A DNA stretch of 64,000 nucleotides from Chromatiales bacterium (lineage in GTDB: Bacteria > Pseudomonadota > Gammaproteobacteria > JAJPIJ01), in the NCBI GenBank assembly GCA_052388435.1, contig JBQTIC010000047.1:36027-100026 (forward strand), in the 5' to 3' direction. Positions 1-10,682 of the stretch are shown here, piece by piece. Positions within the stretch are counted from its first letter, which is position 1. Each line of letters begins with the position of its first letter. A model generated the notes under the pieces. The model had not been told where the DNA came from and did not search any database. It saw nothing but the letters and a program-made list of their open reading frames with translations. A program made the position numbers and the translations under genes.

Positions 1-98
1 CGTCGCAGAGCGGGCGGCGGCAGTTGCTGCGCGTCCCGTTTTTCTCACCTTGCCTCTTACCGGGGAACGTGGGGATGGCGGTAGAATGTGGCCGCCGC

Positions 99-1016
99 AT
101 GGTTGACATTGGGACGCCTGCTGTGAGCGCGGCCGATCCGGACGGTCTGGTGGATCGCTTTCTCGACGCCATGTGGATGGAGCGTGGTCTCAGCGCGCAT
201 ACTCTGGCTGCCTACCGCACCGACCTGACCGCCCTCGGTCGCTGGGTTGGCACCCGCTCTCTGCACCTGACCGCCGCGTCGACCGCCACGTTAATGGAGT
301 TCCTTGCCAGTTACCGCAACGCCTCTGCGCGGAGCACGGCCCGGCGGTTGTCCAGCCTGCGGAGTTTCTATCAGCACTTGTTGCGGGCGGGAGTGCTGCG
401 GTACGACCCCAGCGCGGAAGTGCCGGCGCCACGGCTGGGCCGCCCGTTGCCGAAGTCGCTTACTGAGGCGACTGTCGAACGCCTGCTGCAAGCGCCCGAC
501 ATCGGGACGCTGCTGGGTCTGCGCGACCGCGCCATGGTGGAGCTCATGTATGCCACGGGGCTGCGCGTCTCCGAACTCGTCCGGTTGCTCGGAGTGGAGG
601 TTAACCTCAGGCAGGGCGCGCTGCGCATCAGCGGCAAGGGAGGCAAAGAGCGCGTGGTGCCGCTCGGGGAGGTGGCGATAGGCTGGCTGCAGCGCTATCT
701 CACCCAGACCCGCCCGGCACTGCTCGGCAACCAGACCTCGCAATTCCTGTTTGTCACGCAGCGGGGAGGCCCGATGACCCGGCAGATGTTCTGGCACCTC
801 ATACGCCGTTACGCGCGGCAGGCCGGCATCGAGCAGTCCCTCTCGCCGCATACCCTCCGCCACGCCTTTGCCACTCACCTGCTCAATCACGGCGCCGACC
901 TGCGCGTCGTGCAGTTACTGCTTGGTCACAGCAATATCTCGACGACGCAGATCTATACGCACGTCGCGCGCGCGCGGCTCAAGGAATTGCACGCCCGCCA
1001 TCACCCGCGCGGGTAG
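99..1016 (+). CDS. xerD: site-specific tyrosine recombinase XerD
   Basis: ERGLSAHTLAAYRTDL, LRDRAMVELMYATGLRVSEL, SPHTLRHAFATHLL, LLGHSNISTTQIYTHV, HHPRG end; start ATG99 or GTG123. Confidence 0.95.
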   Translation: MVDIGTPAVSAADPDGLVDRFLDAMWMERGLSAHTLAAYRTDLTALGRWVGTRSLHLTAASTATLMEFLASYRNASARSTARRLSSLRSFYQHLLRAGVLRYDPSAEVPAPRLGRPLPKSLTEATVERLLQAPDIGTLLGLRDRAMVELMYATGLRVSELVRLLGVEVNLRQGALRISGKGGKERVVPLGEVAIGWLQRYLTQTRPALLGNQTSQFLFVTQRGGPMTRQMFWHLIRRYARQAGIEQSLSPHTLRHAFATHLLNHGADLRVVQLLLGHSNISTTQIYTHVARARLKELHARHHPRG

Positions 1017-1063
1017 ACGCAACGCGGGAAGTCCGGTGGTGGCGGTGGCAATCGCGCCGGCGG

Positions 1064-2842
1064 TCAGCTCGTTGGTAGGACGGTGAGGACCTCTTCGATA
1101 GTGGTATGGCCCGCGGCGACCTTGTCGGCCGCGCTGACGCGCAGGCTGCGCATGCCGTGCTTGAGGGCTCCGTCCCGCAACGCCTGGGTGTCGATATGCG
1201 GTTCTTTCAGCAGCGTGGTCAATTCCCGCCGCATGGTCAAAATCTCGTACAGCCCCGTACGCCCCAGATAGCCGGTGTGACGGCACTCGTCGCAGCCCAG
1301 CGCCCTTGCTCCGATTTTCGGGTGAGGTATGGTGTTAGGGCCCACCAGGTTTTGCCAGCCCTTCACGTCGAGCGGTGACGGTTGCTTGCAATGGGGACAG
1401 AGCGTCCGCACCAGCCGCTGCGCGACCACGCCCAGCAGCGTCGCGCCGATGAGATACGGCTGGATGCCGATGTCCATCAGGCGCGTGATCGCGGACGGCG
1501 CGTCGTTCGTGTGCAGCGTGGACAGCACGAGGTGACCGGTAAGCGCCGCCTGAATGGCGACTGTCGCCGTCTCACGGTCACGGATCTCCCCCACCATGAT
1601 GATGTCGGGATCCTGCCGCAGCAGCGTGCGCACGCCGCTGGCGAAGTCAACATCGATGCCGGGCTGCACCTGCATCTGATTGAACTGGTGCTCGACCATC
1701 TCGATGGGGTCCTCGATCGTGCAGACGTTCAGCTCCGGCCGTGCAAGCTGCTTGAGCGCCGAATAGAGAGTCGTGGTCTTGCCGGAGCCCGTGGGACCTG
1801 TGACGAGGATGAATCCGTGTGGGTGCGCCACCATCGCGCGCCACGCCGTTATGTCGTAGTCGCTGAAGCCTAGTTCCTGGAAGCTGCGGCTTAAGACCAG
1901 CGGGTCGAAGATACGCAGCACCAGCTTCTCGCCGAACGCTGTTGGCATCGTCGATAGACGCAGTTCCACCTCCTTGCCCGCCGGCGTCTTGGTCTTGACG
2001 CGCCCGTCCTGCGGACGGCGGCGATCGGAGACGTCCATGCGCCCCAGCGACTTCAGGCGGCTGGTGATCGCGGCCGCGACCGCCACCGGGATCTCATGCA
2101 CCTGGTGCAGGACGCCGTCGATGCGCAGGCGAACGCGGGTGACGTCGCGGCGCGGCTCGATGTGGATGTCACTGGCGCGCTGCTCAAAGGCGAACTGCAG
2201 CAGCCAGTCGACGAGGTGGATGATGTGCTTGTCGTTGGCGTCCGGTTCGCCCATCTTGCCGAGCTGGGTGAGCTGCTCGAAGTTGCCGACGGCAGAGGGC
2301 TGTTCGGCGGCTTTGGACGCACCCGCCAGCGAGTTGCTGACGCCGTAGAACTCGATGAGGTACCGTTCGATATCCTGCGGGCTGGCGACGACGCGCTTGA
2401 TGCGCCGCTTGAGCACACGCGCCATTTCGCGCTCCCATTCGCGCTGGAAAGGTTCGGCAGTGGCCACGGTAACGCTTTGCTCGTCAACGGCGATTGGCAG
2501 AAATCGGAATCGCGAGGCGTATGCCTGCGAAACCAGGCGGGTGACGGCGCGCACGTCGATCTTGAGCGGGTCGATGCGCACGAACGGCAGTCCGGCCTTC
2601 TCGGCAAGCCAGCGTGACAGGCGTTCGAGGGTCAGCGGGTAGGAGGGCTGGGTCGCGCTCTGCCAGCCCTGCTCGGCCAGCCGGAAGAATGGGTGGCGGG
2701 CGTCCTTGTGGCGGGACGGGGCCCCGGCATGCAGTTGCTCGATGTGTTGTCTGCTGATAAGCCGATCGGCGTGGAGCAGACCGGTTACCGTCTCCAGGGT
2801 GAGCCTGCCTTCAGGTTGTTGCGCCGGAGTTGTGGCCACCAC
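1064..2842 (-). CDS. GspE/PulE/PilB-family secretion ATPase (orphan)
   Basis: ASDIHIEP, Walker A GPTGSGKTT, TIEDPIE, LRQDPDIIMVGEIRD, TGHLVLSTLHTND, CPHC..CDEC Zn motif. Confidence 0.92.
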   Translation of the reverse strand: MVATTPAQQPEGRLTLETVTGLLHADRLISRQHIEQLHAGAPSRHKDARHPFFRLAEQGWQSATQPSYPLTLERLSRWLAEKAGLPFVRIDPLKIDVRAVTRLVSQAYASRFRFLPIAVDEQSVTVATAEPFQREWEREMARVLKRRIKRVVASPQDIERYLIEFYGVSNSLAGASKAAEQPSAVGNFEQLTQLGKMGEPDANDKHIIHLVDWLLQFAFEQRASDIHIEPRRDVTRVRLRIDGVLHQVHEIPVAVAAAITSRLKSLGRMDVSDRRRPQDGRVKTKTPAGKEVELRLSTMPTAFGEKLVLRIFDPLVLSRSFQELGFSDYDITAWRAMVAHPHGFILVTGPTGSGKTTTLYSALKQLARPELNVCTIEDPIEMVEHQFNQMQVQPGIDVDFASGVRTLLRQDPDIIMVGEIRDRETATVAIQAALTGHLVLSTLHTNDAPSAITRLMDIGIQPYLIGATLLGVVAQRLVRTLCPHCKQPSPLDVKGWQNLVGPNTIPHPKIGARALGCDECRHTGYLGRTGLYEILTMRRELTTLLKEPHIDTQALRDGALKHGMRSLRVSAADKVAAGHTTIEEVLTVLPTS

Positions 2843-3067
2843 GTCTGGTCTCCTGGGTCCTCATGGATCGTGCCGTGCACTTCTGCCGGCGGCCCGCCGG
2901 CACGTTGCCGATAGGATGCTCGAAAAGTATAGCGCCGGTCGCCTGTGCGGGCTAACTGCAGCGCGGGTGGCCGGGAACGCGGGTGCGGCTTTGCGGTCTG
3001 ATAGAATGCACATGCCGGGCCACAACGAGCCATTCATCCTTCCATTCTTTTCTTGAGGAGTTCATTC

Positions 3068-3805
3068 ATGCGTTGCGTATCCGCGTTTCTCACTGTCGCG
3101 CTGTCCGCCTCGTCGGCCGGGGGCGCACTGGCTGCCGATGAGAGCCAGATCAAGCAGGAGATTACCGCTCAACTGGCCGCGGTCGTGCCGGATATGAAGG
3201 TCAACGGGGTTCGGCCGGCGCCCATCCCCGGCTGGTACGAGGTCCTCCTGGGCGCGAAACTGATCTACGTAAGCGCCGATGCCCGCTACATCCTGGATGG
3301 TACGCTGATGGATCTGAAGGCGCAGAAGGATCTGACCTCCGGGCCGGCGATGGAAGCGCGCGCTGCGGCGCTCAAGGCGCTGACCGATAGCAACAAAGTC
3401 ATCGAATTCGCGCCCGACGGCAAGGCCGAACATATCATCTATGTGTTCACCGACACGGAATGCACCTACTGTCGCAAGATGCACTCGGAGGTATCCAAGC
3501 TGAATGCGGCCGGCATTGCCGTACGCTACATCGCCTTCCCCCGCGACGGGATCGGTTCGCCGACTTACGAGCAGATGGTGTCCGTCTGGTGCGCCAAAGA
3601 CCCGAAGCAGGCACTGACCGACGCGAAGGCGGGCAAGAAATTGCCGCCCGCGGCCTGCGATAACCCCGTCAAGGAGGAGTTTGAACTGGGCACGACCATG
3701 AATGTCCGCGGTACGCCCACGACCATCCTCGAGAACGGCGAGGAGGCGGGCGGCTACATCCCGGCCGACGCGCTCATCAACTTCTTCAGGCGCGGGGCGT
3801 CCTGA
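3068..3805 (+). CDS. dsbC: thiol:disulfide isomerase DsbC
   Basis: Signal peptide, VFTDTECTYC CxxC, AFPR, VRGTPT; RBS GAGGAG before ATG3068. Confidence 0.9.
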   Translation: MRCVSAFLTVALSASSAGGALAADESQIKQEITAQLAAVVPDMKVNGVRPAPIPGWYEVLLGAKLIYVSADARYILDGTLMDLKAQKDLTSGPAMEARAAALKALTDSNKVIEFAPDGKAEHIIYVFTDTECTYCRKMHSEVSKLNAAGIAVRYIAFPRDGIGSPTYEQMVSVWCAKDPKQALTDAKAGKKLPPAACDNPVKEEFELGTTMNVRGTPTTILENGEEAGGYIPADALINFFRRGAS

Positions 3806-3817
3806 AGCGGGACAACC

Positions 3818-4540
3818 TCATCGGTCGCCGAGACCGCTCACCGATTCGATGATCGCCGAAGTCTGGTCGCCCGCCTTTTCCAGGTGATCGAGGCGCACTG
3901 GCAGGTAACCGAGCGACTTGGCGCACCACAGCGTGGTCCTGCGTTCCTTACCGGGCCTCTGATACTGGATCTTGATGGTCTCGAGCGTCCCGATCGGCGT
4001 GTCGATACGTTCCTCGCCGAGCCGCGCGATCGGATAGTCTTTCAGCGTGTTGCCGTCCACCACGGTGTAGCGCAGTGAGCCGCCGGCCCCGAGATCGCGC
4101 ATCAACACCAGCTGGTAGAGCAGCTTGTCGAGCACACCCGCCGGTGCCTCGATAGCGGACGCTTGGTCCTTGTGGACGACGCGGACGATTGCCTGCTGCC
4201 AGTCGAAGCTCGCCTGGGACTTGCGGGTCTTGAAGCCGCTTTGACGGTACTCATATTCCAGCGCTAGCACCGACTGGCCCTGCAACCGCCAGCGGCTGGT
4301 CTCTACCACCCTCACCCGCAGCAGCGCCAACAGCCCGCGCGTCGCCTTCAACTCGGAGCGGAACACGAACTCCGCGCCGGCGCCCACGGCGCTCACCGAG
4401 CGGGTCATTTCCCCCAGCTCTCGCCCGTTGCTGTAGACGGAATAGCGGGCTGTGAACAGCGGCGGGAAGCCGACGCCCGCCGCTTCAGAGGCATCAACTG
4501 CGAAGAGCAGGATGCAGGCTGCCAGGGGGCGTGCGGTCAC
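3818..4540 (-). CDS. DUF3108-like exported protein
   Basis: Signal peptide; D-K-L-L-Y-Q, GEERIDTPIG, TTLWCAKSLGYLPVRL pattern. Confidence 0.7.
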   Translation of the reverse strand: MTARPLAACILLFAVDASEAAGVGFPPLFTARYSVYSNGRELGEMTRSVSAVGAGAEFVFRSELKATRGLLALLRVRVVETSRWRLQGQSVLALEYEYRQSGFKTRKSQASFDWQQAIVRVVHKDQASAIEAPAGVLDKLLYQLVLMRDLGAGGSLRYTVVDGNTLKDYPIARLGEERIDTPIGTLETIKIQYQRPGKERRTTLWCAKSLGYLPVRLDHLEKAGDQTSAIIESVSGLGDR

Positions 4541-4625
4541 GGCCAGAGTGAACCTCGGCTATGCTAAAATCAAAACCTTACGCTACACGAAACTCGTCTC
4601 GGCCAAAGTCTTCTCACGGGGTTTG

Positions 4626-6065
4626 ATGCGCGCTTCCAGAAATCCGTTCACTCAGGCGCGAGTGCTCGTGGCAGGGGACGTCATTCTCGATCGCTACTGG
4701 CAGGGCAGTACAGAACGCATCTCGCCGGAAGCGCCGGTCCCGGTCGTGCATGTGACCGCGAAGGACGAGCGGCCCGGCGGCGCGGCGAACGTTGCCCTTA
4801 ACATCCGCAGCCTGGGTGCGGATGTCGCAGTCGTCGGTCTGATCGGCCAGGATGAGGATGGCGCAAAGCTCGAAGCGTTGCTCAAGGCATACGGCGTGCA
4901 ATGTCGCTTGTTGCAACTGCCGGGCGTGCGGACCACTGTCAAACTGCGCGTGCTGAGCCAGCATCAGCAGCTCATACGCCTCGACTTCGAAGACAGCAGG
5001 CCGCGCTTCGATCGCAACGGATTGAAGCTGGCATTCGCGCAGGCGTTGGCGGACGCGGACGTAGTCGTGCTGTCGGACTATGCCAAGGGCGCGCTCGCCG
5101 ATGCGCGGGATTTCATACGTATGGGGAGCGATGCCGGCAGGCGCGTGGTCGTGGATCCGAAGTCCGCCGATTTCGCCTGCTACGCGGGCGCGACGGTGCT
5201 TACGCCCAATCTCAGAGAGTTTGAGGCGGTGGTCGGCGGCTGCGACGACGAGGAGGCTATCGGACGCAAGGGGCGCGACTTGTGCGCACAGCACGGTTTC
5301 GAGGCAGTGCTGGTCACGCGCGGCGAACAGGGAATGAGCCTGATCACGCGGGTGGGCGCCCCGACGCACTTGCCGACGCGTGCCCGCGATGTGTACGACG
5401 TCACTGGCGCCGGTGACACCGTTTGCGGTGTGCTGGCGGCGGGCCTCGCGGCCGGCTACGACCTCCACCAGGCAACGGCGCTGGCGAATACGGCTGCCGG
5501 TATCGTGGTCGGCAAGCTCGGCGCGGCGTCGGTCACGCGGGCGGAACTGGAGGCGGCCCTGCACGAAGCGACGGCCGGCCGCTTCGGCGTTCTTGATGAG
5601 GAGCAGATGATCGGAGAGGCGGCGGCGGCGCACCGCCGCGGCGAGCGCGTGGTCATGACTAACGGCTGCTTTGATATCCTGCACGCCGGCCACGTGCGCT
5701 ATCTGGAGCAGGCCCGACGTCTGGGCGACCGTCTCATCGTTGCCGTCAACACCGACGAGTCAGTCCGGCGGCTGAAAGGCCCGGACCGGCCCATCAATGG
5801 GCTGGCCCAGCGCATGGAGCTGCTGGCCGCATTGTCTGCCGTGGACTGGGTCGTGTCCTTTGCTGAAGACACCCCGGCACGCCTCATCTGCCGGCTCGGC
5901 CCCGATGTGCTGGTGAAAGGTGGCGACTATCGACCGGAGCAGGTGGCAGGCGCCGACTGCGTGCAAGCGCGCGGTGGGGAGGTGGTGATCGTCGACTTCA
6001 TTCCAGGTTATTCCACCAGCCGCATTATCGATGAGGCCGGGCGCAACAGCGCGGCCGTGCGATGA
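4626..6065 (+). CDS. hldE: bifunctional heptose-7-phosphate kinase / heptose-1-phosphate adenylyltransferase
   Basis: [37 protein letters not shown]. Confidence 0.95.
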   Translation: MRASRNPFTQARVLVAGDVILDRYWQGSTERISPEAPVPVVHVTAKDERPGGAANVALNIRSLGADVAVVGLIGQDEDGAKLEALLKAYGVQCRLLQLPGVRTTVKLRVLSQHQQLIRLDFEDSRPRFDRNGLKLAFAQALADADVVVLSDYAKGALADARDFIRMGSDAGRRVVVDPKSADFACYAGATVLTPNLREFEAVVGGCDDEEAIGRKGRDLCAQHGFEAVLVTRGEQGMSLITRVGAPTHLPTRARDVYDVTGAGDTVCGVLAAGLAAGYDLHQATALANTAAGIVVGKLGAASVTRAELEAALHEATAGRFGVLDEEQMIGEAAAAHRRGERVVMTNGCFDILHAGHVRYLEQARRLGDRLIVAVNTDESVRRLKGPDRPINGLAQRMELLAALSAVDWVVSFAEDTPARLICRLGPDVLVKGGDYRPEQVAGADCVQARGGEVVIVDFIPGYSTSRIIDEAGRNSAAVR

Positions 6066-7024
6066 TCATCGTCACCGGCGGCGCCGGCTTCATCGGCTCC
6101 AACCTCGTGCGCGCGCTGAATGAGCTGGGGCGCACCGATATCCTCGTTGTCGACAACCTCAGCAACGCTGCGAAATTCCGCAACCTTGTCGACTGCGACT
6201 TTCTCGATTATTTCGACAAGGACGAGTTCCTGCACCTCATCGGCCAGGCGCATGCCCGGCAAACCACGGTGGATGTGCTCTTCCATCTCGGTGCTTGCTC
6301 GATTACCACCGAGTCGGACGGGCGCTATCTCATGATGAACAACTACGCGTATTCCAAGTCGCTACTGCACTACTGTCTCGAGCATGGCATCCGGTTCGTG
6401 TACGCCTCCAGCGCCGCAGCCTATGGCGGCAGCGCTACCTTCATCGAGCAACGTACACACGAGGCGCCACTGAATGCCTACGGTTACTCCAAGTTCATCT
6501 TCGACCAGTACGCGCGCCGTTATCTGGCGGCGGCCACCATTCCCATCGTGGGCTTGCGATACTTCAACGTCTACGGTCCGCGCGAGGCGCACAAAGGGTC
6601 AATGGCAAGCGTGCTCTGGCACATGCATCGGCAGATGCTGGCCGATGGCAAGGTGCGCCTGTTCAAGGGGAGCGACGGCTATGCGGACGGCGAACAGCGC
6701 CGTGACTTCATCTACGTCCGTGACGCGGTGGATGTCACGCTGTGGTTCGGTCTGCATGCGCCACGCCCCGGCATCTACAACATTGGCACCGGCCGCAGCC
6801 AGAGCTTCAACGATGTGGCGAACGCCGTCATAACGTGGCACGGCGGCGGCCGCATCGAGTACATCCCGTTTCCCGACCGCCTGATCGGGCGATACCAGAG
6901 CTTCACGCAGGCCGATCTCACGCAGCTCCGCGCGGCGGGCTATGAGGGGCGTCTCAGGCCGGTTGAGGAGGGTGCCCCTGCCTACCTGGACTGGCTGCGT
7001 CAGCATCCCCCCGACGCGCGCTAG
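6062..7024 (+). CDS. hldD: ADP-L-glycero-D-manno-heptose 6-epimerase
   Basis: [39 protein letters not shown]. Confidence 0.95.
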   Translation: MIIVTGGAGFIGSNLVRALNELGRTDILVVDNLSNAAKFRNLVDCDFLDYFDKDEFLHLIGQAHARQTTVDVLFHLGACSITTESDGRYLMMNNYAYSKSLLHYCLEHGIRFVYASSAAAYGGSATFIEQRTHEAPLNAYGYSKFIFDQYARRYLAAATIPIVGLRYFNVYGPREAHKGSMASVLWHMHRQMLADGKVRLFKGSDGYADGEQRRDFIYVRDAVDVTLWFGLHAPRPGIYNIGTGRSQSFNDVANAVITWHGGGRIEYIPFPDRLIGRYQSFTQADLTQLRAAGYEGRLRPVEEGAPAYLDWLRQHPPDAR

Positions 7025-7039
7025 CACGGGAGGGAACGG

Positions 7040-8371
7040 ATGCTGGCGGGTGCGCTGCGATGGCTTTACACGGCGTGCCTGTATCTCGCTGTCCCTTTCA
7101 TCCTGCTGCGCCTGTGGCGACTCGGGTTTAAGCACGGCGGCTACCGTCAGCGGGTCGGCGAGCGTTTCGGCTTCATACCGGCGCGTCGTGACTCCTCGGT
7201 GCCGCTCCTGTGGCTGCACGCAGTTTCGGTCGGCGAGGTGCAGGCGGCCGTGCCCCTCTTGCAGGCGTTTCATGCCCGCTTTCCGGACTACGCGGTCCTG
7301 CTGACCACCACCACCCCCACCGGCGCCGAGCACGCCCGCCGCCAGTTCGGCGACGGCGTCGCGCATGCGTACTTCCCCTACGACCTGCCGGATGTGGTGG
7401 CGCGGTTCCTGGGCAACGTGCAGCCCTCCCTCGTCGTGCTCGTGGAGACGGAGTTGTGGCCAAACCTTCTGCGCGCCTGTCGGGCCGGTGGCATCCCGGC
7501 AGTCCTCGCCAACGCGAGACTCTCTGCGGTGTCCGCCCGCCGCTACCGGTGGCTGCGACCCCTCACGCGGTCGATGCTGCAGGATCTGGCCGCGGTCGCA
7601 GCGCAAAGCGAGGCGGATGGGGAGCGCTTTCTGCGGCTGGGTCTGGCGCCGGCGCGCCTGCACGTCAGCGGCAGCATAAAGTTTGATCTCGCCCTGCCGG
7701 CGGACTTCGCCGCACGGGTCGCCGAGAGGCACCGGCTGCTTGGGGAACAGCGCCGGGTCTGGATCGCGGCGAGCACCCATGCCGGCGAGGACGAAATCGT
7801 GCTCAAAGCGCACCGGCGGTTGACGCAGACAGTCCCCGGCATCCTGCTGGTGCTGGTGCCGAGGCACCCGGCGCGGAGTGCCTGGGTCGCCGAGCTTGTC
7901 GAGCGGTGTGGAATGCGTGCCGCCCTGCGCAGCAGCGGCAAGGAATGCGATGCGATGACGGAGGTACTGCTCGTCGATACCCTGGGCGAATTGCTCGCGT
8001 TCTATGGTGCCGCCGAGGTCGCTTTTGTCGGTGGCAGCCTCGTTCCAGTCGGCGGTCATAATTTCCTTGAGCCGGCCGTCGCGGGCGTACCAGTCATTAC
8101 CGGTCCACATCTCTTCAATTTCGCCGAGATCGGTAACGTGCTGCGCGGGGCCGGCGCGCTGACTGAGGTCCGGGATGCCGGCGCGCTGACCGAGGAAGTC
8201 CTCCGGTTGCTGCGGGACGCCGAAGCGCGCACATGCAGTATCGAGGCAGGCAGGCGCGTCATTGATGCGCACCGGGGGGCGACCAAGCGGCTGCTGGCGG
8301 TGCTCGATCAGGCCATCGCGCGAGCGGCCCTTGGCAGGGTCGATAGCAGGTCTGCAGGCTGCCGCTCCTAA
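7040..8371 (+). CDS. waaA: Kdo transferase
   Basis: WLHAVSVGE, ETELWPN, AASTH, PRHP, GGHNFLEP. Confidence 0.95.
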   Translation: MLAGALRWLYTACLYLAVPFILLRLWRLGFKHGGYRQRVGERFGFIPARRDSSVPLLWLHAVSVGEVQAAVPLLQAFHARFPDYAVLLTTTTPTGAEHARRQFGDGVAHAYFPYDLPDVVARFLGNVQPSLVVLVETELWPNLLRACRAGGIPAVLANARLSAVSARRYRWLRPLTRSMLQDLAAVAAQSEADGERFLRLGLAPARLHVSGSIKFDLALPADFAARVAERHRLLGEQRRVWIAASTHAGEDEIVLKAHRRLTQTVPGILLVLVPRHPARSAWVAELVERCGMRAALRSSGKECDAMTEVLLVDTLGELLAFYGAAEVAFVGGSLVPVGGHNFLEPAVAGVPVITGPHLFNFAEIGNVLRGAGALTEVRDAGALTEEVLRLLRDAEARTCSIEAGRRVIDAHRGATKRLLAVLDQAIARAALGRVDSRSAGCRS

Positions 8372-8967
8372 CGAACGAGGGGCGAGAGGGCCTTGAACTG
8401 CTCGTGGCGGGCGTCGCGCAGCCACTCGAAGACCACCGACTCGGTGTTGGTCACCACCACACCCGCCTGGCGCAGGCGATCGAGGGCGTTCTGATAGTTC
8501 TCCAGCCGGCGCGAACACACGGCGTCCTCCACGACGAAAGGTTGCAGTCCCTCGGCGGCGAGATCAATGGCCGTCTGCAGCACGCATACGTGCGCCTCCA
8601 TGCCGACCACCACGACCTGCGGGCGACTGGCATCGGCGAGCACGGACTGAAATCCCGCGGCGCCGACGCACGAGAAGCATGTCTTCTCTACGCGGCGGCT
8701 GGCGGCCGGTAACACCCCCGCGATCCGCGGGTCCGTGTGGCCCAAACCCTTCGGGTACTGTTCGCTGACGGCGACCGGGATGTGCAGCAGTGAGGCCGAC
8801 TGGACCAGCACCACGACGTTCTTCACCACCCGGTTTAGCACCTTCTCCGGCATGGCCGCTCCCAGCTTCTCCTGGATATCCACGATCACAAGCTGGCTGG
8901 TGGTCTGGCCGCAGCAGACAGCGCCGCTTGTTTGCGGGACCGCCACAAGGTCCTCGTGTCGAGTCAT
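8368..8967 (-). CDS. isochorismatase-family cysteine hydrolase
   Basis: IVDIQEKL, SEQYPKGLG, EKTCFSC, GMEAHVCVLQT. Confidence 0.88.
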   Translation of the reverse strand: MTRHEDLVAVPQTSGAVCCGQTTSQLVIVDIQEKLGAAMPEKVLNRVVKNVVVLVQSASLLHIPVAVSEQYPKGLGHTDPRIAGVLPAASRRVEKTCFSCVGAAGFQSVLADASRPQVVVVGMEAHVCVLQTAIDLAAEGLQPFVVEDAVCSRRLENYQNALDRLRQAGVVVTNTESVVFEWLRDARHEQFKALSPLVR

Positions 8968-9001
8968 GACGCGATCTCCGGAGACTTGATTCGGCGTCGC
9001 G

Positions 9002-10339
9002 TCATTGCCGCAACAGCCATCTGTTGACTTCATTCAAGTCGTTTGGCGACAGGGTGCCCGCCGCCTGCTTCAAGCGCAGCGTATCGAGCACATAATCGTA
9101 ACGTGCGCGCGCCGAATCGCGCTTTGCGCGCAGCAGCTCGCGCTCCTGGTTGACCACGTCCACGGCGGTGCGCGTGCCGACCTCGTAGCCGGTACGGGTG
9201 GCCTCCAGGGCCGTTTGCGTCGATACCACCGCCTGTTGCAGAGCCTGCACGCGGCTGATGCCGGAGATGACGCCGGCGTAAGCATCTCGGGACTGGCGGA
9301 CGGCCGAGCGGCGCCGTTCCTCGACGCTTTGCAGCGCCGCCTCGTGCCGGTATGTCGCTTCCCGTGTCCGCGACCGCACTTGACCGCCCTCGTAAATCGG
9401 TACGTTTACCTCCAGCCCGATCGCGCTGGCGTCGGTCGTCGTGGCGCCGAAGCGCCCGCCCTGCACGTCTGTGCCGTGTCTCCCGATAATATCGAGCGAG
9501 GGTTGGTGGCCCGCGTACTGGACCTTGATCTCCTCGGCTGCGGCCTGCGCCGCCGCATCGGCGGAGGCAATGCCGAGGTTCTGCTGCAATGCCGTATCGG
9601 CCCACTGCTGGGCGTCGGCAGGCTGCGGGCTGACCAGAGGCAGAGCATCGCCTAGGGGGGAGAGCCGCTCGTGGTACTCATCGGTGAACTCGCGCAGTGC
9701 CTCGCGGGCATCGTCGAGCAGATTCTGGGCTTCGATCTCCTGCGCGACCGAAAGGTCATAGCCGGCCTTGGCCTCCTGCACGTCGGTGATGGCGATGAGT
9801 CCGACATCGAAGCGCTGCTGAGTCTGCTCGAGCTGGCGGCCCAGGGCCGTCTTCTCGGCGCGCGAGAATTCTAAGTTGTCGATCCCGGCGAGCACGCCAA
9901 AGTACCGCTCAGCCACTCGCACGATGAGGTCCTGGCGGCTCGCATCGAGTTCTAACTGCGCCTGGCGGATACGCGAGTCGGCCTGCTTCAGCCGCATGTA
10001 ACGGTCGTAGTGATAGACGGGCTGAGTGAGGTCGATCGAATAGCCGCGGGTGTTGAAGTTGAAGTCGCCGCCACCGAAGCCCGTCGCGCGGTCGATCTCC
10101 ACCTCCTGATCGTTATAGAAGGTGTCGCCCGTTGCGCTCAAGGTGGGAAGCATCAGCCGCGCCTGCGCCTGCGGTCGCAATTCCTTGACCGCCTCCAGGC
10201 TGGCCTCCACGCTCTTGAAGCGCGGGTCTTTCTGCTCTGCGAGCTGGTAGACCTGCGTAAGATCCTCGGCCGCGGCCGCGCCGGCCCACACCGTCGCGCA
10301 CAGCGCGCACACAGACACCCGTTGTGTTTTTGTTCTCAT
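9002..10339 (-). CDS. tolC: TolC-family outer membrane channel
   Basis: Signal peptide then EDLTQVYQ, RFDVGLIAITDV, VPIYEGG, GYEVGTRTAVDV, ARYDY. Confidence 0.9.
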   Translation of the reverse strand: MRTKTQRVSVCALCATVWAGAAAAEDLTQVYQLAEQKDPRFKSVEASLEAVKELRPQAQARLMLPTLSATGDTFYNDQEVEIDRATGFGGGDFNFNTRGYSIDLTQPVYHYDRYMRLKQADSRIRQAQLELDASRQDLIVRVAERYFGVLAGIDNLEFSRAEKTALGRQLEQTQQRFDVGLIAITDVQEAKAGYDLSVAQEIEAQNLLDDAREALREFTDEYHERLSPLGDALPLVSPQPADAQQWADTALQQNLGIASADAAAQAAAEEIKVQYAGHQPSLDIIGRHGTDVQGGRFGATTTDASAIGLEVNVPIYEGGQVRSRTREATYRHEAALQSVEERRRSAVRQSRDAYAGVISGISRVQALQQAVVSTQTALEATRTGYEVGTRTAVDVVNQERELLRAKRDSARARYDYVLDTLRLKQAAGTLSPNDLNEVNRWLLRQ

Positions 10340-10361
10340 GGCGTTTTTCGCATTGTTCCGC

Positions 10362-10682
10362 TTAGTAGGTTGGCATGCTCTGGTTAATCTCACGGGCCCA
10401 GCCATCGATGCCGCCCTCGAGGTTGCTCACGTCGCGGAAGCCCAGGCGGTCCAGGTAATCGACAACCTCGGCGCTGCGAACGCCGTGATGGCAGATGACG
10501 ACCGTAGGCGCCGCTGCATCCAGCGCGGGCAGTGCGGCGGCAACGTCCGCCATCGGCACATTGCGGGAACCCTCAATATGACAGATGGCGAACTCCCAGG
10601 CTTCACGCACGTCGAGCAGTACCGGCCGATCGCCGTCGCTGTGCAGGCGCGTATACAACTCACTGGGCGTGACGGCCTTCAT
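10362..10682 (-). CDS. single-domain rhodanese/sulfurtransferase
   Basis: LLDVREAWE, CHHGVRS, NLEGGIDGW. Confidence 0.9.
   Translation of the reverse strand: MKAVTPSELYTRLHSDGDRPVLLDVREAWEFAICHIEGSRNVPMADVAAALPALDAAAPTVVICHHGVRSAEVVDYLDRLGFRDVSNLEGGIDGWAREINQSMPTY

Noticed and set aside
99-1016. Integrase marking a prophage or island
   Set aside because: Typical housekeeping XerD near dsbC; no att site or phage genes
6599-8518. 639-aa antisense ORF, and similar long antisense ORFs at 20084-21412, 25006-26661 and 34753-36282
   Set aside because: Antisense shadows of well-supported genes caused by high-GC codon bias; no motifs
8968-9033. Cys-Cys-rich N-terminal extension of the isochorismatase
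   Set aside because: Overlaps the tolC 3' end; ATG8967 is the more plausible start
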